A DNA stretch of 64,000 nucleotides from a virus, in IMG/VR virus record IMGVR_UViG_3300018719_000001; one strand, 5' to 3'. A program made the translations under genes and the position numbers. Positions 1 through 10,381 of this stretch are shown one piece after another. Position 1 is the first letter of the stretch. Each line of letters opens with the position of its first letter. The notes under the pieces are model-generated. The model worked only from the letters and a program-made list of their open reading frames with translations. It was not told the origin of the DNA and did not search any database.

Positions 1-866
1 AATTCAACGTTGTCTTCCATTGAAGCCTCTTCATCCTGAATTGCAACTTCGGAATTGTCCTTAAATTCTTTTAATTTTGCTTCCAGTTCTTCGACAGAAA
101 TGGCTTCAAGGTCAATCCCCTTTTCGGCAATCATTTCTTCTGTGAAGGAGAACTTTTGCAATAGTTCTAATTTTTCTGGCATTTGTCCAACCTCCTCTTT
201 TGTATTAGTCATGGAAGAAAACAGCACTTCTTTCAACTCGCGCATTTGCTCTTGTACGAATTCCATAAAGCGACTCATTGTAAAATAGATTTCACCAGTA
301 GACGAATTCATTGCTGGCAAAACACCAGTTCCAAGCAAACATGCCCCATCAAATTCAAAGCGCGAGAAGTGGAACAAGCCATCGTTTTTATATTCACCCG
401 AGAACACGTCTGAAAGTTCCATACTATGATTTTTAACTTTGTCGCGCTCAATAATATCAACTGCGTCTGAAAATTTCTTCCAAACAAGCCCTTCAACGGT
501 TAAATACTCTCGTTCGATACCATCGTCTCCGATTCTCATTTCCCACTTCGGGTTACAAGATTCAGGTATAATCCCAAACGCCTGACCGATGTACTTGATT
601 TTGTACTGCCCATCTTCTTTCACTACTATGCTTCGATGATCGGTGAAATCTTTGTTACCATATTTGTCTTCTTCAATAAATCCCAAAATAGGAGTGTTGT
701 AAAGTGTTGGCAACGCTTGTTCCACGACTTCTTTCGTGAAATAGCTTTTGTTTCGATTTTTCCCAGTATGCATCAACCAAAACTTCATTCGAATAAAACG
801 AGAGTCTTGATGACTAACACCTTGGGACTCGAAATATACAGGAATCGACCTACATACCGCATTCAT
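1..866 (-). CDS. prohead protease/scaffold-like head-morphogenesis protein (partial, C-terminus beyond left edge)
   Basis: Own translation: open minus-strand frame from ATG 866 (GGGAGGTG SD 8 nt upstream) to position 1. Missing from ORF track only because no stop lies in the window. Directly follows the portal gene. Confidence 0.45.
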   Translation of the reverse strand, partial: MNAVCRSIPVYFESQGVSHQDSRFIRMKFWLMHTGKNRNKSYFTKEVVEQALPTLYNTPILGFIEEDKYGNKDFTDHRSIVVKEDGQYKIKYIGQAFGIIPESCNPKWEMRIGDDGIEREYLTVEGLVWKKFSDAVDIIERDKVKNHSMELSDVFSGEYKNDGLFHFSRFEFDGACLLGTGVLPAMNSSTGEIYFTMSRFMEFVQEQMRELKEVLFSSMTNTKEEVGQMPEKLELLQKFSFTEEMIAEKGIDLEAISVEELEAKLKEFKDNSEVAIQDEEASMEDNVE

Positions 867-887
867 CACTTTCACCTCCCTTTGCCG

Positions 888-2360
888 TTATGACTGTTGC
901 TTATTGCGACTCTTAATACCTTCGGTGCTCAATTTGTCATCTGGTTTCTTCGGTGCACCACCATCTTTTCCATTTTGAGTGTGGCTAGATTGAAGTGGAA
1001 CTAAAGTCTCATGAAGGTTAAGGACATCGTTTTCAAGGAAAGTCATATTCAGCATTGCGGATGGAGAAAGACCTAAAACTGCCACTGCCATCATTTTAAC
1101 AGGCAATCCAACGGTTGCACCTTCCAGAATCATTTCAAATGTTTCTTTCTGATTGTGGTGTGTCACGTTAAGCAGTTGAGTCTTGAATGGCGCGTTTTTT
1201 AATGAATTTTCCTTCTTAGCGCGTCGATTCAACCAACGTTCGACTTGAGTCAACCATGCAAATACAAGTGCTTCGTCTGTAATTAGAGAAGCCCCAACTC
1301 CCACTGCTGTAGATGAGTCTGTATTGAACAAAATTTGACTTACGCCAATCTTCGTATATAAGTCTCGTTCTGCGGCGGCAACGTTATCCACATCAATCTT
1401 ATCTTTACTGAAAGAAAAACTCTGGATTTTCATTGGAGAAGTAATAAGTCCAACATGTTCTGGTAACGCTTCAGTTGCCTTGTTGTGGAATTGCATTGCT
1501 GTATCCAAGTCGATCTTAAAGTCGTTGGCGTTCTGCGACTTTTCATCCATTGGAATTTGTTGAGCCAAAACAGCATAGTTACTAATTTCTTCCTTAATTT
1601 TACGCAAGTTTTTAAAGTCTTCAATTTCAAAAAGTTCTTCAAAAATACCCACAAATGGCGGAAGACCATAAATTCTATCTTCATTGACTTTAAGTACAAT
1701 TTGACGATCTGTACTTAGCTCTTGCCAGCGATAATTTATCGGGTCTTGCGCGAACAATTGGTAGCGAGCCTGAAACTCTTCGGGAAACATGTGTAGCTTC
1801 ATCTCATATGGACGAGAACCAAAATAGTTGAAGTCGAATGCGAAGTTAAAAACTCCATCTTCCATGCTACTAATAGCACAGTAATCAGGGTCTAGCATCA
1901 TGAATTGCATCGAATCTCCATTACGAACTTCGTAACCATAGAATACATCATCTCTCCATGCAACAAGCGATGCCTTTTTAAACTCATGCTTCAAATTGAA
2001 TGTTTCGATGAAATCAGCAAAACGTTGGAATTGGGTTTTCATGGTCTTCGGCTTGACCTTGGATGTATCGACACCAGTAGGAACAACTATATAAGACCAC
2101 GTAGGCATTAGTGCAAAGTGTTCAACCAAGCGCATATAGTGTGTACTACGCGCATACAAGAATTGACTTAACTGTCGAAGCTGACGTTCATATGAATGCG
2201 GATTCTTCAGCATTCTTCGAACATCTTCACGCGTATAGTTCGCAACGAAGTTATTATAAACTTTGCTACGTTTCAAGTCTTTAACTACCATTCTGGCAAT
2301 CGCTTTGTAATCCAATGGAACCGTACTGTAAATATTGTTCTTTGCTTTCTTGCCCCTCAA
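888..2360 (-). CDS. portal protein (by size and position)
   Basis: 490-aa ORF immediately downstream of terminase large subunit; TTG start 7 nt after GGAGGTG. Confidence 0.6.
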   Translation of the reverse strand: MRGKKAKNNIYSTVPLDYKAIARMVVKDLKRSKVYNNFVANYTREDVRRMLKNPHSYERQLRQLSQFLYARSTHYMRLVEHFALMPTWSYIVVPTGVDTSKVKPKTMKTQFQRFADFIETFNLKHEFKKASLVAWRDDVFYGYEVRNGDSMQFMMLDPDYCAISSMEDGVFNFAFDFNYFGSRPYEMKLHMFPEEFQARYQLFAQDPINYRWQELSTDRQIVLKVNEDRIYGLPPFVGIFEELFEIEDFKNLRKIKEEISNYAVLAQQIPMDEKSQNANDFKIDLDTAMQFHNKATEALPEHVGLITSPMKIQSFSFSKDKIDVDNVAAAERDLYTKIGVSQILFNTDSSTAVGVGASLITDEALVFAWLTQVERWLNRRAKKENSLKNAPFKTQLLNVTHHNQKETFEMILEGATVGLPVKMMAVAVLGLSPSAMLNMTFLENDVLNLHETLVPLQSSHTQNGKDGGAPKKPDDKLSTEGIKSRNKQQS

Positions 2361-2373
2361 TTCAACTCACCTC

Positions 2374-4101
2374 CTACCTGTCGAAAATAGACCTTGGCTT
2401 ACGGACAGCGAAATATTTCCAAGCATCTCCACGCTCTTGTCGTCTAATCTGATTTTCCCGTTCTAATGTGTAGATGTACCACAGGCAATACTCGAATGCA
2501 GAGAATTTGTCTTTTTGAATCTTCTTGGAAATCTGCTCTACTATGATCTGATTATTGTTCTGTTTGTGTTCAAGGTTCATAATCTCTTCGCATAGAAGAT
2601 CGACCATGCGGAATCCTTGAACTTCTTTAACCATCAATTCTGCATCCTTTTTCACGCTGTTCGGTAATGCCGCTATTGCTTGCGACTCACTGTATGGCAT
2701 CTTGATTCGTTGTTGCGATATAGCCTGAATAAACACGCTATGAATGTCAGAAGCCTTCATTTCACGTTTATTGGTGGACATTGCATAAATCAGAGGTAAG
2801 CTATTCTCCAACTTCCATCTATCCCAAGTTTCATCATTTACAACGCTGTAGGGAGGGTTTTCGTCAATTTCAAGAACCAAGTAGTCAACTAAGCCTTTAC
2901 CGACACCGTTGGCATCGACTACAAGCATACGAGCTTTGAAGTCATTGACTTTTCGCTTCAAGAATAATGCTTGCTCACGGAAGTGCGAACCCTTGAAACT
3001 GTAAATATTAACTAAGTGTTGTACATAAGTGCCATCTCCACGTGGTTTGATTTTGATTACACATAAAGCACAACTTGCCGCTTGTGCGCCTTCAGCACGA
3101 GCAACGTCATATGATAAGATGTAATCGACATCTTTTTCTCCACTATGCTTGTTTTCAGTGGTTCTCAGTACACGGCACTTGGTAAGATCATCGAGGTTTA
3201 CTAAAGAGTTGTCGCTTGAACCAGTCCAAACGGATTCGTACTCACGTGCAAAACCAAGTGGATTAGTGGTTGGGGCTTCCTTTCTCTCCATAATTTCTTC
3301 GATACTTAAATGTCCATGCATACATGGCAATTCGTATCCAGCACCCATAAAATATGCCGATTTACCTTCTGCCATCAGACCAACTACTTCCATTAGCTTT
3401 TCAAAAGCATACGACTGACGAGTGCCAGCGGTAGTTACTATTTGAACGAACTTATGATTTTCGTATGGATCACGAGAGCTTCCCGTTTCGGGGTCACGAT
3501 ACATCGACAAACGATCATCTGCCATTCGAGGTAAAATTACATCGTTGATGACTTCACGTTTCATCTTGTCGTCAACAATTTCCTCAATTGCCCCGCCATT
3601 GTTTCGACCACCACGAGCTTGTTCGCTTGCTACGATAACTTCGATCTTCGAACCATTGCGAAATCTTAAAGTCACGTAATCCTTACCGAACGAACAATTT
3701 TCTGCCGCATGAGGGGAGTCTAGTACCAATTCATTTTTCAAAATAGGAAAGTGAGTCCAAATTTTCTCTACATTTTGCTTTGTAATGCTTGCCGCCTGTT
3801 CTTTTCCGGGTGCCACCAAGAAAAGAACAGTACGAGGATACATAATGGCTTTAAGGTACATGGCCAAAATTTGCGTATACGATTTTGCTGTACCGCGTGT
3901 AAAGGTCAGGTAGGTGTTCTTATATCTGAACAACACACGAAGCATGATTCTTTGATAGAAGAAAAGATTAATTGGGCAATCTTCTGTACGAATGAAATCT
4001 ATAAATCTATCAGGATATGACTTCCAATATTCGCAATATTTTCGCCAATCATCCAACACCTCTTCAAATGGTCGAATAGTCAAGGTTTGCTCGTCCATCA
4101 T
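2374..4101 (-). CDS. terL: terminase large subunit
   Basis: 575 aa; Walker-A-like FTRGTAKS; ATPase-type N-half plus acidic nuclease-type C-half; gene order small subunit-terL-portal; ends in TAG. Confidence 0.7.
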   Translation of the reverse strand: MMDEQTLTIRPFEEVLDDWRKYCEYWKSYPDRFIDFIRTEDCPINLFFYQRIMLRVLFRYKNTYLTFTRGTAKSYTQILAMYLKAIMYPRTVLFLVAPGKEQAASITKQNVEKIWTHFPILKNELVLDSPHAAENCSFGKDYVTLRFRNGSKIEVIVASEQARGGRNNGGAIEEIVDDKMKREVINDVILPRMADDRLSMYRDPETGSSRDPYENHKFVQIVTTAGTRQSYAFEKLMEVVGLMAEGKSAYFMGAGYELPCMHGHLSIEEIMERKEAPTTNPLGFAREYESVWTGSSDNSLVNLDDLTKCRVLRTTENKHSGEKDVDYILSYDVARAEGAQAASCALCVIKIKPRGDGTYVQHLVNIYSFKGSHFREQALFLKRKVNDFKARMLVVDANGVGKGLVDYLVLEIDENPPYSVVNDETWDRWKLENSLPLIYAMSTNKREMKASDIHSVFIQAISQQRIKMPYSESQAIAALPNSVKKDAELMVKEVQGFRMVDLLCEEIMNLEHKQNNNQIIVEQISKKIQKDKFSAFEYCLWYIYTLERENQIRRQERGDAWKYFAVRKPRSIFDR

Positions 4102-4970
4102 TCAACATCACTCACCTTTGGCGTATCATGCGGTGGTTCGTCTAAAATCTGACGATCAAACAAACGTAGATTGTAATTTAGCATATACTGAATTGTTCTA
4201 TCTACAATATCTTGATTCTCTTCAATGGGTGCTGGCTTGATATATCCACGTTTTTCTACTTCTGCGAATATTTGAGAAAACGAACGCACACCTGATAGTT
4301 GCGCCCCATCCCGCTTGTCTTTTCCTGCGAAACCAGCCATGCCAACCAAGTCTTTTTGCACCGCATTCAAGTCTTTGTAGTCTTTCATTCGATTTTCTCG
4401 ACGCGCCCTGTCCATTAGGACAATGTTCTGACAATATTGAATCAACTGTCGAACGTGCTGTGGTGTTTCAATGGGGTTTGATGTTTTCATGGCATCGTAT
4501 TCTTGCTCCATTTGCAAGTATTCGAAATCCGTGAACCCTTCCCCAAATTTTAACTTAATCTCTAAAGGAACGTCTGGAAGTTGTTTTTTGCTTTCGCGCT
4601 TTTCCGCACTAAAGTTATCTTGCATAGTTGCTGTAGCTTCTGGAACTTCATTCATTCCATCGCTATCATCATAAGTCTTATCTTTATATTGTGGCAATGT
4701 ACTTACTTCTCTCAAATACCATCCAAGAGTTTCTTTTCCAGCTTGAACACATTCAAACCACTTCTCTTTAATGAATGGTCTGTCGATCTGCCGCAAAACT
4801 CTTCTGACGGAAGCTATATCATTTTCATCTAGCTCCGTTTTTAAACATGCTTTACAAGTATTTACTCGTCCATCTGGAAAGATGGAACTGTTGCTAACAA
4901 AGAAGTCGCGAGTTACCGATTTGCTCCTTTGGCAACGAACACATATTTTCTTTTGCGTTTCTTTTACCAT
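4098..4970 (-). CDS. putative terminase small subunit / DNA-recognition protein
   Basis: 290 aa; stop overlaps terL ATG; N-terminal CxxC...CxxC zinc ribbon; call rests on position only. Confidence 0.4.
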   Translation of the reverse strand: MVKETQKKICVRCQRSKSVTRDFFVSNSSIFPDGRVNTCKACLKTELDENDIASVRRVLRQIDRPFIKEKWFECVQAGKETLGWYLREVSTLPQYKDKTYDDSDGMNEVPEATATMQDNFSAEKRESKKQLPDVPLEIKLKFGEGFTDFEYLQMEQEYDAMKTSNPIETPQHVRQLIQYCQNIVLMDRARRENRMKDYKDLNAVQKDLVGMAGFAGKDKRDGAQLSGVRSFSQIFAEVEKRGYIKPAPIEENQDIVDRTIQYMLNYNLRLFDRQILDEPPHDTPKVSDVE

Positions 4971-5047
4971 AAAACGCCCTCCTTCTTAAATAAGAAGAAG
5001 TCCAAGTCAACGTCTATCTAGAAGATAGACGCTCAAAAGACTTCCTC

Positions 5048-5341
5048 TTATTTGTCATCGAATAGCATGGTTTGAGCTTCATTCAGTTCTTCGAGCTTCT
5101 TTTGAATTTCTTCTGTTAAATAAACCTGAATGCCGTTCAAGTATCCATCCAAAAAAACTTTCTTTAGACCAACACGAAGCTGATCTTCCGTTGTTACATG
5201 TTCTGCGAACATAGCAACCATATCTTCGATGTATGATTCCGAATCAAATTCTCTTATATCTACACCGACAAGATCATTGTCTTTATCGTGCGCCGTTCCA
5301 CAAGCAGGACAAGCATTGGATTCGCGATTAAATTCAAACAT
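5048..5341 (-). CDS. hypothetical protein (CPACG zinc-knuckle motif)
   Basis: ORF-track frame; ATG 5341 preceded by GAGGTG is preferred over track TTG 5374. Confidence 0.5.
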   Translation of the reverse strand: MFEFNRESNACPACGTAHDKDNDLVGVDIREFDSESYIEDMVAMFAEHVTTEDQLRVGLKKVFLDGYLNGIQVYLTEEIQKKLEELNEAQTMLFDDK

Positions 5342-5498
5342 TTTCACTTTGCACCTCGCTCGAAACCGACTCAAAGATCGGTTGCCCGTCCTTGTCGATC
5401 CCCTGAAAAATGTACTTCTTACCGTTTTGAATGATCAAGTCGCCATACTTTAGCAACGAAAAGTCTATCGTATTCTGTGCGAATCTGTTTATGAACAT
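5334..5498 (-). CDS. hypothetical small protein (54 aa)
   Basis: Own translation; ATG 5498 follows GGTGGTG SD; stop overlaps next gene start (ATGTTTGA coupling); below ORF-track cutoff. Confidence 0.4.
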   Translation of the reverse strand: MFINRFAQNTIDFSLLKYGDLIIQNGKKYIFQGIDKDGQPIFESVSSEVQSENV

Positions 5499-5501
5499 TG
5501 C

Positions 5502-6761
5502 TTACACCACCTGCAATCCAATCCTCAGTGGGATGATTTCACCGTCACCAGTTACCACAATCATTACTTGCGAAGCGTCTGTAGCACATGATATTTTTTT
5601 CGAATAGCTGTTTCGACCAATAAAACTACCTACGCCAACTACCATTCGACCATGATCTGACTCTTCTACCTGATAGCTGTGCAAGTGTCCATACACTAAG
5701 CAATCTACAAAATCGTTCGCCATTGAAATGTAAGCCTTTAAGCGATCACGCTTGTTGCCCTCGTCAAGATGACCATGAACAAACTTCAATTTCTTTCCAT
5801 TCAATTCAATATTGATTTCCGTACCTGATCTATTTTCGAGATACTGGATTCGCTCAACACCGCTTGTATCAATAACTGTCTTAATCATATGATTGATAAC
5901 GTAGTTAGCATTGTCTGAATCGGCAGAAATGTCTTTATTGCCATGCATTCTGTCGTGATTTCCGTCAATTGCTTCATAAGTTACGTTTACATGCCCCGAC
6001 AGGCTCGTCAAGAAGTATAGAATCAATTCGCCAGCTTTTACAATCTGCTGACTCATGTTAAATTCTACATCATCACGTTGTTTGTCTCTCATGTAAACAT
6101 GTTCAATCATATCTCCCAAGCCCACCACATGCACGTCATTGATTTCGAACGCTATACAATGATCAATAATTCGATCTAGGTAGGCATCAATTCTTTTCCG
6201 CGCAATTTCATAGTTGTAACTGTTACCAAACACGTTATCAACCAATGCTCCCACATGAAGGTCTGTCAGCGTTACAACAGCCCTGTTCTTCGAATTTTGA
6301 ATTCGAGTGCCATATGCGTATTCGGGGATTTTAATTTGAATTTCATCAAGAAGTGCATCGCGTACCGCTTCTGCCGTTACAGCCACATGAGTAAGTTCGC
6401 GCTTCGCTCGATTAATTCCATTTAGAATCAATTGATTTTCACGGCGTTCGCGATATAAATCTCCCGTCAGTTTTCGAATAGAGTCCAACTTTGAAACTGC
6501 CACTTTTTCTGCATGACGTTTTGCCGTATCAAGTTTTCCAATTTCAGCTTGATATGCTTTCACCATGCAACGATAACTTTCATTTGTGTCAGAATCCCAA
6601 AATCCTTCGCTCTCCATACACGCCTGATGCTCTTTCCAATTGCACTTACGAGATGGAGATGCGTTTTGCAGTTCTAGCTTGATCTCGACAGCCATGTCAA
6701 GATGAGCTTTCCCTACTGTGACCTTATCCCCCATAGAATCAGTATAAGTGCGTACTGTCAT
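5502..6761 (-). CDS. calcineurin-like metallophosphoesterase (SbcD/Mre11-type nuclease or phosphatase)
   Basis: Motifs LTDLHVG, GLGDMIEH, IDGNHD, VHGH, GHLH after a coiled-coil N-terminus. Confidence 0.7.
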   Translation of the reverse strand: MTVRTYTDSMGDKVTVGKAHLDMAVEIKLELQNASPSRKCNWKEHQACMESEGFWDSDTNESYRCMVKAYQAEIGKLDTAKRHAEKVAVSKLDSIRKLTGDLYRERRENQLILNGINRAKRELTHVAVTAEAVRDALLDEIQIKIPEYAYGTRIQNSKNRAVVTLTDLHVGALVDNVFGNSYNYEIARKRIDAYLDRIIDHCIAFEINDVHVVGLGDMIEHVYMRDKQRDDVEFNMSQQIVKAGELILYFLTSLSGHVNVTYEAIDGNHDRMHGNKDISADSDNANYVINHMIKTVIDTSGVERIQYLENRSGTEINIELNGKKLKFVHGHLDEGNKRDRLKAYISMANDFVDCLVYGHLHSYQVEESDHGRMVVGVGSFIGRNSYSKKISCATDASQVMIVVTGDGEIIPLRIGLQVV

Positions 6762-6771
6762 AAGCTACACC

Positions 6772-6981
6772 TTACTCGTCTTCCGAAGGACGTTCAGAAC
6801 TTGATTCAACCGCATTTTCGACTTTGATAGAAATTGAAATCGTCTTACCGACGAACTCTTCTTTTAGAATCGCCAATAGATCATATAGTTCAGATGTTTC
6901 ATTCTTCGTGTCGATCTCTTCGATCATCATATCTTCATGCAGATAGCCTTTTGCGCTAAATGCTTTCGTGAATTTTGCCAT
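6772..6981 (-). CDS. hypothetical acidic protein
   Basis: 69-aa ORF tightly packed in the minus-strand operon. Confidence 0.45.
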   Translation of the reverse strand: MAKFTKAFSAKGYLHEDMMIEEIDTKNETSELYDLLAILKEEFVGKTISISIKVENAVESSSERPSEDE

Positions 6982-7010
6982 TGTCGTTACTCCCTTTTTT
7001 TCTCCGAATA

Positions 7011-7370
7011 TTATTTATCGGTAAATCCAGTTACGACAGTAAATCCAGAATCTTTTACCTGTTGCGAATTTACCCCTTCGTCGATTACACATAGCAAACT
7101 GCTACTAGATCCACGTACACTTCTTGCTTGGGTATCTGAAAAAATATGTTGGTAATTAAATTTATTACGCAACAAAGAAGCTACTTCTCTTCCTTTAACG
7201 AAAACCGTTAGACCATGTAGTTTTGCAAAATTGATTAACGCAGTTGTTTTTCCAATGCCGCGTGTAAAGCTGGAATCTACCAACACACGCTTGACCGCTC
7301 CTTGCGACAACTTTTCATGCAGAACATCTTTAATGGAATTCAAGTACTTCTCATCTAAAAGTTGAATCAT
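7011..7370 (-). CDS. hypothetical P-loop protein
   Basis: Walker-A-like RGIGKTT; ATG 7370 with AAGGAAG SD preferred over track start 7409. Confidence 0.5.
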   Translation of the reverse strand: MIQLLDEKYLNSIKDVLHEKLSQGAVKRVLVDSSFTRGIGKTTALINFAKLHGLTVFVKGREVASLLRNKFNYQHIFSDTQARSVRGSSSSLLCVIDEGVNSQQVKDSGFTVVTGFTDK

Positions 7371-7524
7371 TTTTGAACTCTTCCTTTTTTGAGTTACTTG
7401 GTTGAACATCGAAGAACGTCAATGATTCCGTAATTTTCAAATATGATATAGCGTGTAATATTTGACCAGTTCGTAAATCAATGAACATTACATCTGCTAC
7501 TTCTCTTTCTCCATATTTAGGCAT
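7351..7524 (-). CDS. hypothetical protein
   Basis: ATG 7524 preceded by AGGAGA; track start 7632 lacks an SD. Confidence 0.4.
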   Translation of the reverse strand: MPKYGEREVADVMFIDLRTGQILHAISYLKITESLTFFDVQPSNSKKEEFKNDSTFR

Positions 7525-7543
7525 TATGTTGATCTCCTGTTCT

Positions 7544-7825
7544 CTACTTGCAAACACGTGGTAGAAATACTTCCGCAAAGGTACGACTGTTTGTATCTCC
7601 AAAGTAGAACAAATTATGGCATCTTCCACCACAACTATGTCCTACATCTTCAAGCACAACATCAATACGTCCACCATCAACAAGCCAAACCTTGCAATAG
7701 TCTTTTCCAATAACATATCTTTGAATATTATTATTCAACAAGTATGTAATCATATTGGAAATCGTCTGCAATTGATCTTTGCTTGTTGCAACCACCAATG
7801 AAATCTTAGGTGATGATTCTGCCAT
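7544..7825 (-). CDS. hypothetical protein
   Basis: ORF-track frame; internal ATG 7825 overlaps the end of the upstream gene. Confidence 0.4.
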   Translation of the reverse strand: MAESSPKISLVVATSKDQLQTISNMITYLLNNNIQRYVIGKDYCKVWLVDGGRIDVVLEDVGHSCGGRCHNLFYFGDTNSRTFAEVFLPRVCK

Positions 7826-8036
7826 CTTTATCTCGTTCCCATGTGGGCTTGTACAGTCGTGAACCTTTGGTGCGGTCATTTCCTACTACATGAACGCTCT
7901 TGACTGTAGCACCAACCATTTTGGCTTCATCATGCGCCATTCGTTCTGCAACATGGCGGTGAGTCGCTTCTATTGCAATCGTAAAGTCAAAAGAACGTTT
8001 GTCGTCCTGTTTAGTAGCAATCGCATAAAATCGCAT
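7806..8036 (-). CDS. hypothetical protein
   Basis: 76-aa ORF, last CDS downstream of the tRNA array on the minus strand. Confidence 0.45.
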   Translation of the reverse strand: MRFYAIATKQDDKRSFDFTIAIEATHRHVAERMAHDEAKMVGATVKSVHVVGNDRTKGSRLYKPTWERDKDGRIIT

Positions 8037-8102
8037 TGTCCTTGTTTCTCCTTTTTCTCGGTATTGAGACTGAAAATCATTCTCAATGAATAGTCAAAAA
8101 AA

Positions 8103-8176
8103 TGGCAGGGGCTACAGGACTCGAACCCGTACCAACAGTTTTGGAGACTGTCATGCTACCATTACACCAAGCCCCT
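8103..8176 (-). tRNA. tRNA-Trp (CCA)
   Basis: Reverse-complement cloverleaf; anticodon loop CUCCAAA; GGTTCGA T-arm; encoded CCA. Confidence 0.85.
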
Positions 8177-8179
8177 AGA

Positions 8180-8258
8180 TGGAGGTATGGAGGGGATTTG
8201 AACCCCCGAATGCTGGTTTTGCAGACCAGAGCGTTAAACCGAACTTCGCCACCACACC
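8180..8258 (-). tRNA. tRNA-Cys (GCA), copy 1
   Basis: Anticodon loop CUGCAAA; discriminator U; long D-loop; encoded CCA. Confidence 0.7.
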
Positions 8259-8287
8259 TATAGCAAATACATGCAAACAAAATATTT

Positions 8288-8364
8288 TGGTGCGCCCACA
8301 GGGATTCGAACCCCGACGAACTGATTAAAAGTCAGCTATGCTAAACCGTTACATCATGAGCGCA
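8288..8364 (-). tRNA. tRNA-Lys (UUU)
   Basis: Anticodon loop CUUUUAA; GGTTCGAATCC T-arm; CCA. Confidence 0.85.
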
Positions 8365-8367
8365 AAG

Positions 8368-8445
8368 TGGTACTGGTGGTTGGATTTGAACCAAACGACC
8401 TCACGATTATAAGTCATGCGCTCTAACCTTCTGAGCTACACCAGC
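8368..8445 (-). tRNA. tRNA-Ile (UAU)
   Basis: Anticodon loop CUUAUAA; TAGCTCAG D-arm; CCA. Confidence 0.75.
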
Positions 8446-8455
8446 ACAATACGTG

Positions 8456-8542
8456 TGGTGCGAGTGGAGAGACTCGAACTCTCAATCCATTAAAGGCGAC
8501 AGATTTTAAGTCTGTTGTGTATGCCAATTCCACCACACTCGC
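8456..8542 (-). tRNA. tRNA-Leu (UAA)
   Basis: Anticodon loop CUUAAAA; long variable arm; CCA. Confidence 0.85.
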
Positions 8543-8548
8543 ATAATA

Positions 8549-8624
8549 TGGAGTGCCGTAGAGGATTCGAACCCCTCTGTATCTGCTTAGAAGGCAGATG
8601 CCCTATCCACTAGACCAACGGCAC
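8549..8624 (-). tRNA. tRNA-Arg (UCU)
   Basis: Anticodon loop CUUCUAA; canonical arms; CCA. Confidence 0.85.
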
Positions 8625-8726
8625 ATAAAAGAAGCGACAATAGTTAATATCGTTTCAGGATTAGTTTATCGTCTCCCCTGCGGAGAATGTCGATTGTCGC
8701 ACACGACATTGCCATTTTAGCACTTT

Positions 8727-8802
8727 TGGAGCGGGGTACTGGATTCGAACCAATGATCTCTCACGTTGCAGGTGAGCGCGTTAGCCACTTCGCCAACCCC
8801 GC
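8727..8802 (-). tRNA. tRNA-Cys (GCA), copy 2
   Basis: Anticodon loop CUGCAAC; discriminator U; CCA. Confidence 0.7.
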
Positions 8803-8886
8803 ATAAAACACATCATCGACACAGAAAAAGAAGAACATATTTCAGCTTCAGGAGGATGGAATAAATGGTTGTGCCGACGATGCTTT

Positions 8887-8961
8887 TGGCGATGGTAAGG
8901 GGAATCGAACCCCTGTCTTTCGGGAGACAGCCGAATATAATAACCATTATACGATACCACC
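8887..8961 (-). tRNA. tRNA-Asp (GUC)
   Basis: Anticodon loop CUGUCUC; GGTTCGATTCC T-arm; CCA. Confidence 0.85.
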
Positions 8962-8966
8962 ATTAA

Positions 8967-9042
8967 TGGTGCCGAAGACAGGATTCGAACCTGCAACCTT
9001 TCGCTTACAAGGCGATTGCACTAGCCATTGTGCTACTTCGGC
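8967..9042 (-). tRNA. tRNA-Thr (UGU)
   Basis: Anticodon loop CUUGUAA; CCA. Confidence 0.85.
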
Positions 9043-9464
9043 AATAAAACAAGTTGCTAACCAAACAGCCACGTGGCAATCAACAAGGTCAATTCGCTAC
9101 AACCTGCAAGCCAATCACAGCTTCGCGAAAGCTGTTTACCGTGGATTTTGTCAAGTTTTCAGACTTGAATCATGATTCTTAATTCAAAAGAATGTAAGAG
9201 TCGTGAGCTTCTAACCTTATTAACTTTGAACTTTTATCTTTACATCCATATTTGTCTACATTCAACATACTATGAATGTGCTTTTAAATAATTTCCGTAG
9301 TATCACGATAAAAGTCATATAACAAGGTTGCCCATTTAACCCAATGGGCTAGGAAGCGAAGTTCGCTGATTTTCGTCTGATTAGCAACAACACTGTTTAT
9401 TGGTACAGTGAAACCACTTTACCACTCGCTCTTGAATTCGTGGCGAAACACCATACGAAAACTA

Positions 9465-10136
9465 TTACCCATCAATCTCGATAGTAGTTTGCGTATTTGC
9501 AACAACAAGAGCGTAATCAACTTCTGCCTTGAAGTCTTCGATTTCAGTGCGCAATTTATCAATCATGTCGCGAATACCGAGAGGATCGAGCAAAATCGGT
9601 TGGCGTTGTGCAGTATATGCATCAACAGACGCTTGCTGTTCGGCTGAACGGTGCTTAGTGGCTTCTGTTCCAAAAGAGACACGAACAAAATCCTCAACGT
9701 TACGATCTAGCTCTTTTTGCAGAGTTTGCACTTTCGAAAGAGCTAATGCATAATCAGACTCCAATTTTGCAAGGAGTGCTTCGTCGTAAGCGATAGAAGA
9801 ATTCTTGCGCTCCAACGCTTCTGCGATTGTCATTTCCTTACCGCCGATTGTGATCTTGCGAAGTTCATATCCGTCACCAGCTTTCACGCCAGCATTCGAG
9901 ATTACAACAGCAGACTTAATCCGCTTGCGACGTTCAATCAAATCAAGTACAGATTGAAGTTTCGACCCTGCGCGTTTAGTGAAATCTTCAACAGAAGTTC
10001 CAAAGCGCGGTTCAATCTTTTGAGCAGTACCAGTGTAGTATGCTACATATGTACCGTCATTGATTGCACGATGAATACGAGCATCAAGAGTTTTCAATTC
10101 CACAAGAGCTTGCGTGATAGTCATGGTTTGAGCCAT
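9465..10136 (-). CDS. hypothetical coiled-coil protein embedded in tRNA array
   Basis: 223-aa ORF with clean coding character between tRNA-Pro and tRNA-Thr; no recognisable motif. Confidence 0.6.
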   Translation of the reverse strand: MAQTMTITQALVELKTLDARIHRAINDGTYVAYYTGTAQKIEPRFGTSVEDFTKRAGSKLQSVLDLIERRKRIKSAVVISNAGVKAGDGYELRKITIGGKEMTIAEALERKNSSIAYDEALLAKLESDYALALSKVQTLQKELDRNVEDFVRVSFGTEATKHRSAEQQASVDAYTAQRQPILLDPLGIRDMIDKLRTEIEDFKAEVDYALVVANTQTTIEIDG

Positions 10137-10192
10137 TCTGTTGTAGTCTCCTTTTGTCTCTTCAATTTTTATGATTCAATTTGTACGAATTT

Positions 10193-10269
10193 TGGTCAGG
10201 GAGACAGGATTCGAACCTGCGACCGCTCGCTTCCAAAGCGACTACGCTACCAGACTGCGCCACTCCCTG
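10193..10269 (-). tRNA. tRNA-Pro (UGG)
   Basis: Anticodon loop UUUGGAA; CCA. Confidence 0.85.
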
Positions 10270-10303
10270 TTATGAGTCACCATTCTCTTGGTGACAACAC
10301 ATT

Positions 10304-10379
10304 TGGCATCCCCTGATGGAATCGAACCACCACTTCGAGATTCGTAGTCTCGCGTCTTCGTCCATTCGACTAAGAGGAT
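10304..10379 (-). tRNA. tRNA-Arg (ACG)
   Basis: Anticodon loop CUACGAA; CCA. Confidence 0.85.
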
Positions 10380-10381
10380 AT

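Noticed and set aside
55-893. Plus-strand ORFs 55..288, 183..413 and 636..893, and minus-strand ORF 308..496.
   Set aside because: They are shadows of a continuous minus-strand frame (1..866) that runs off the window edge and has a proper SD and ATG.
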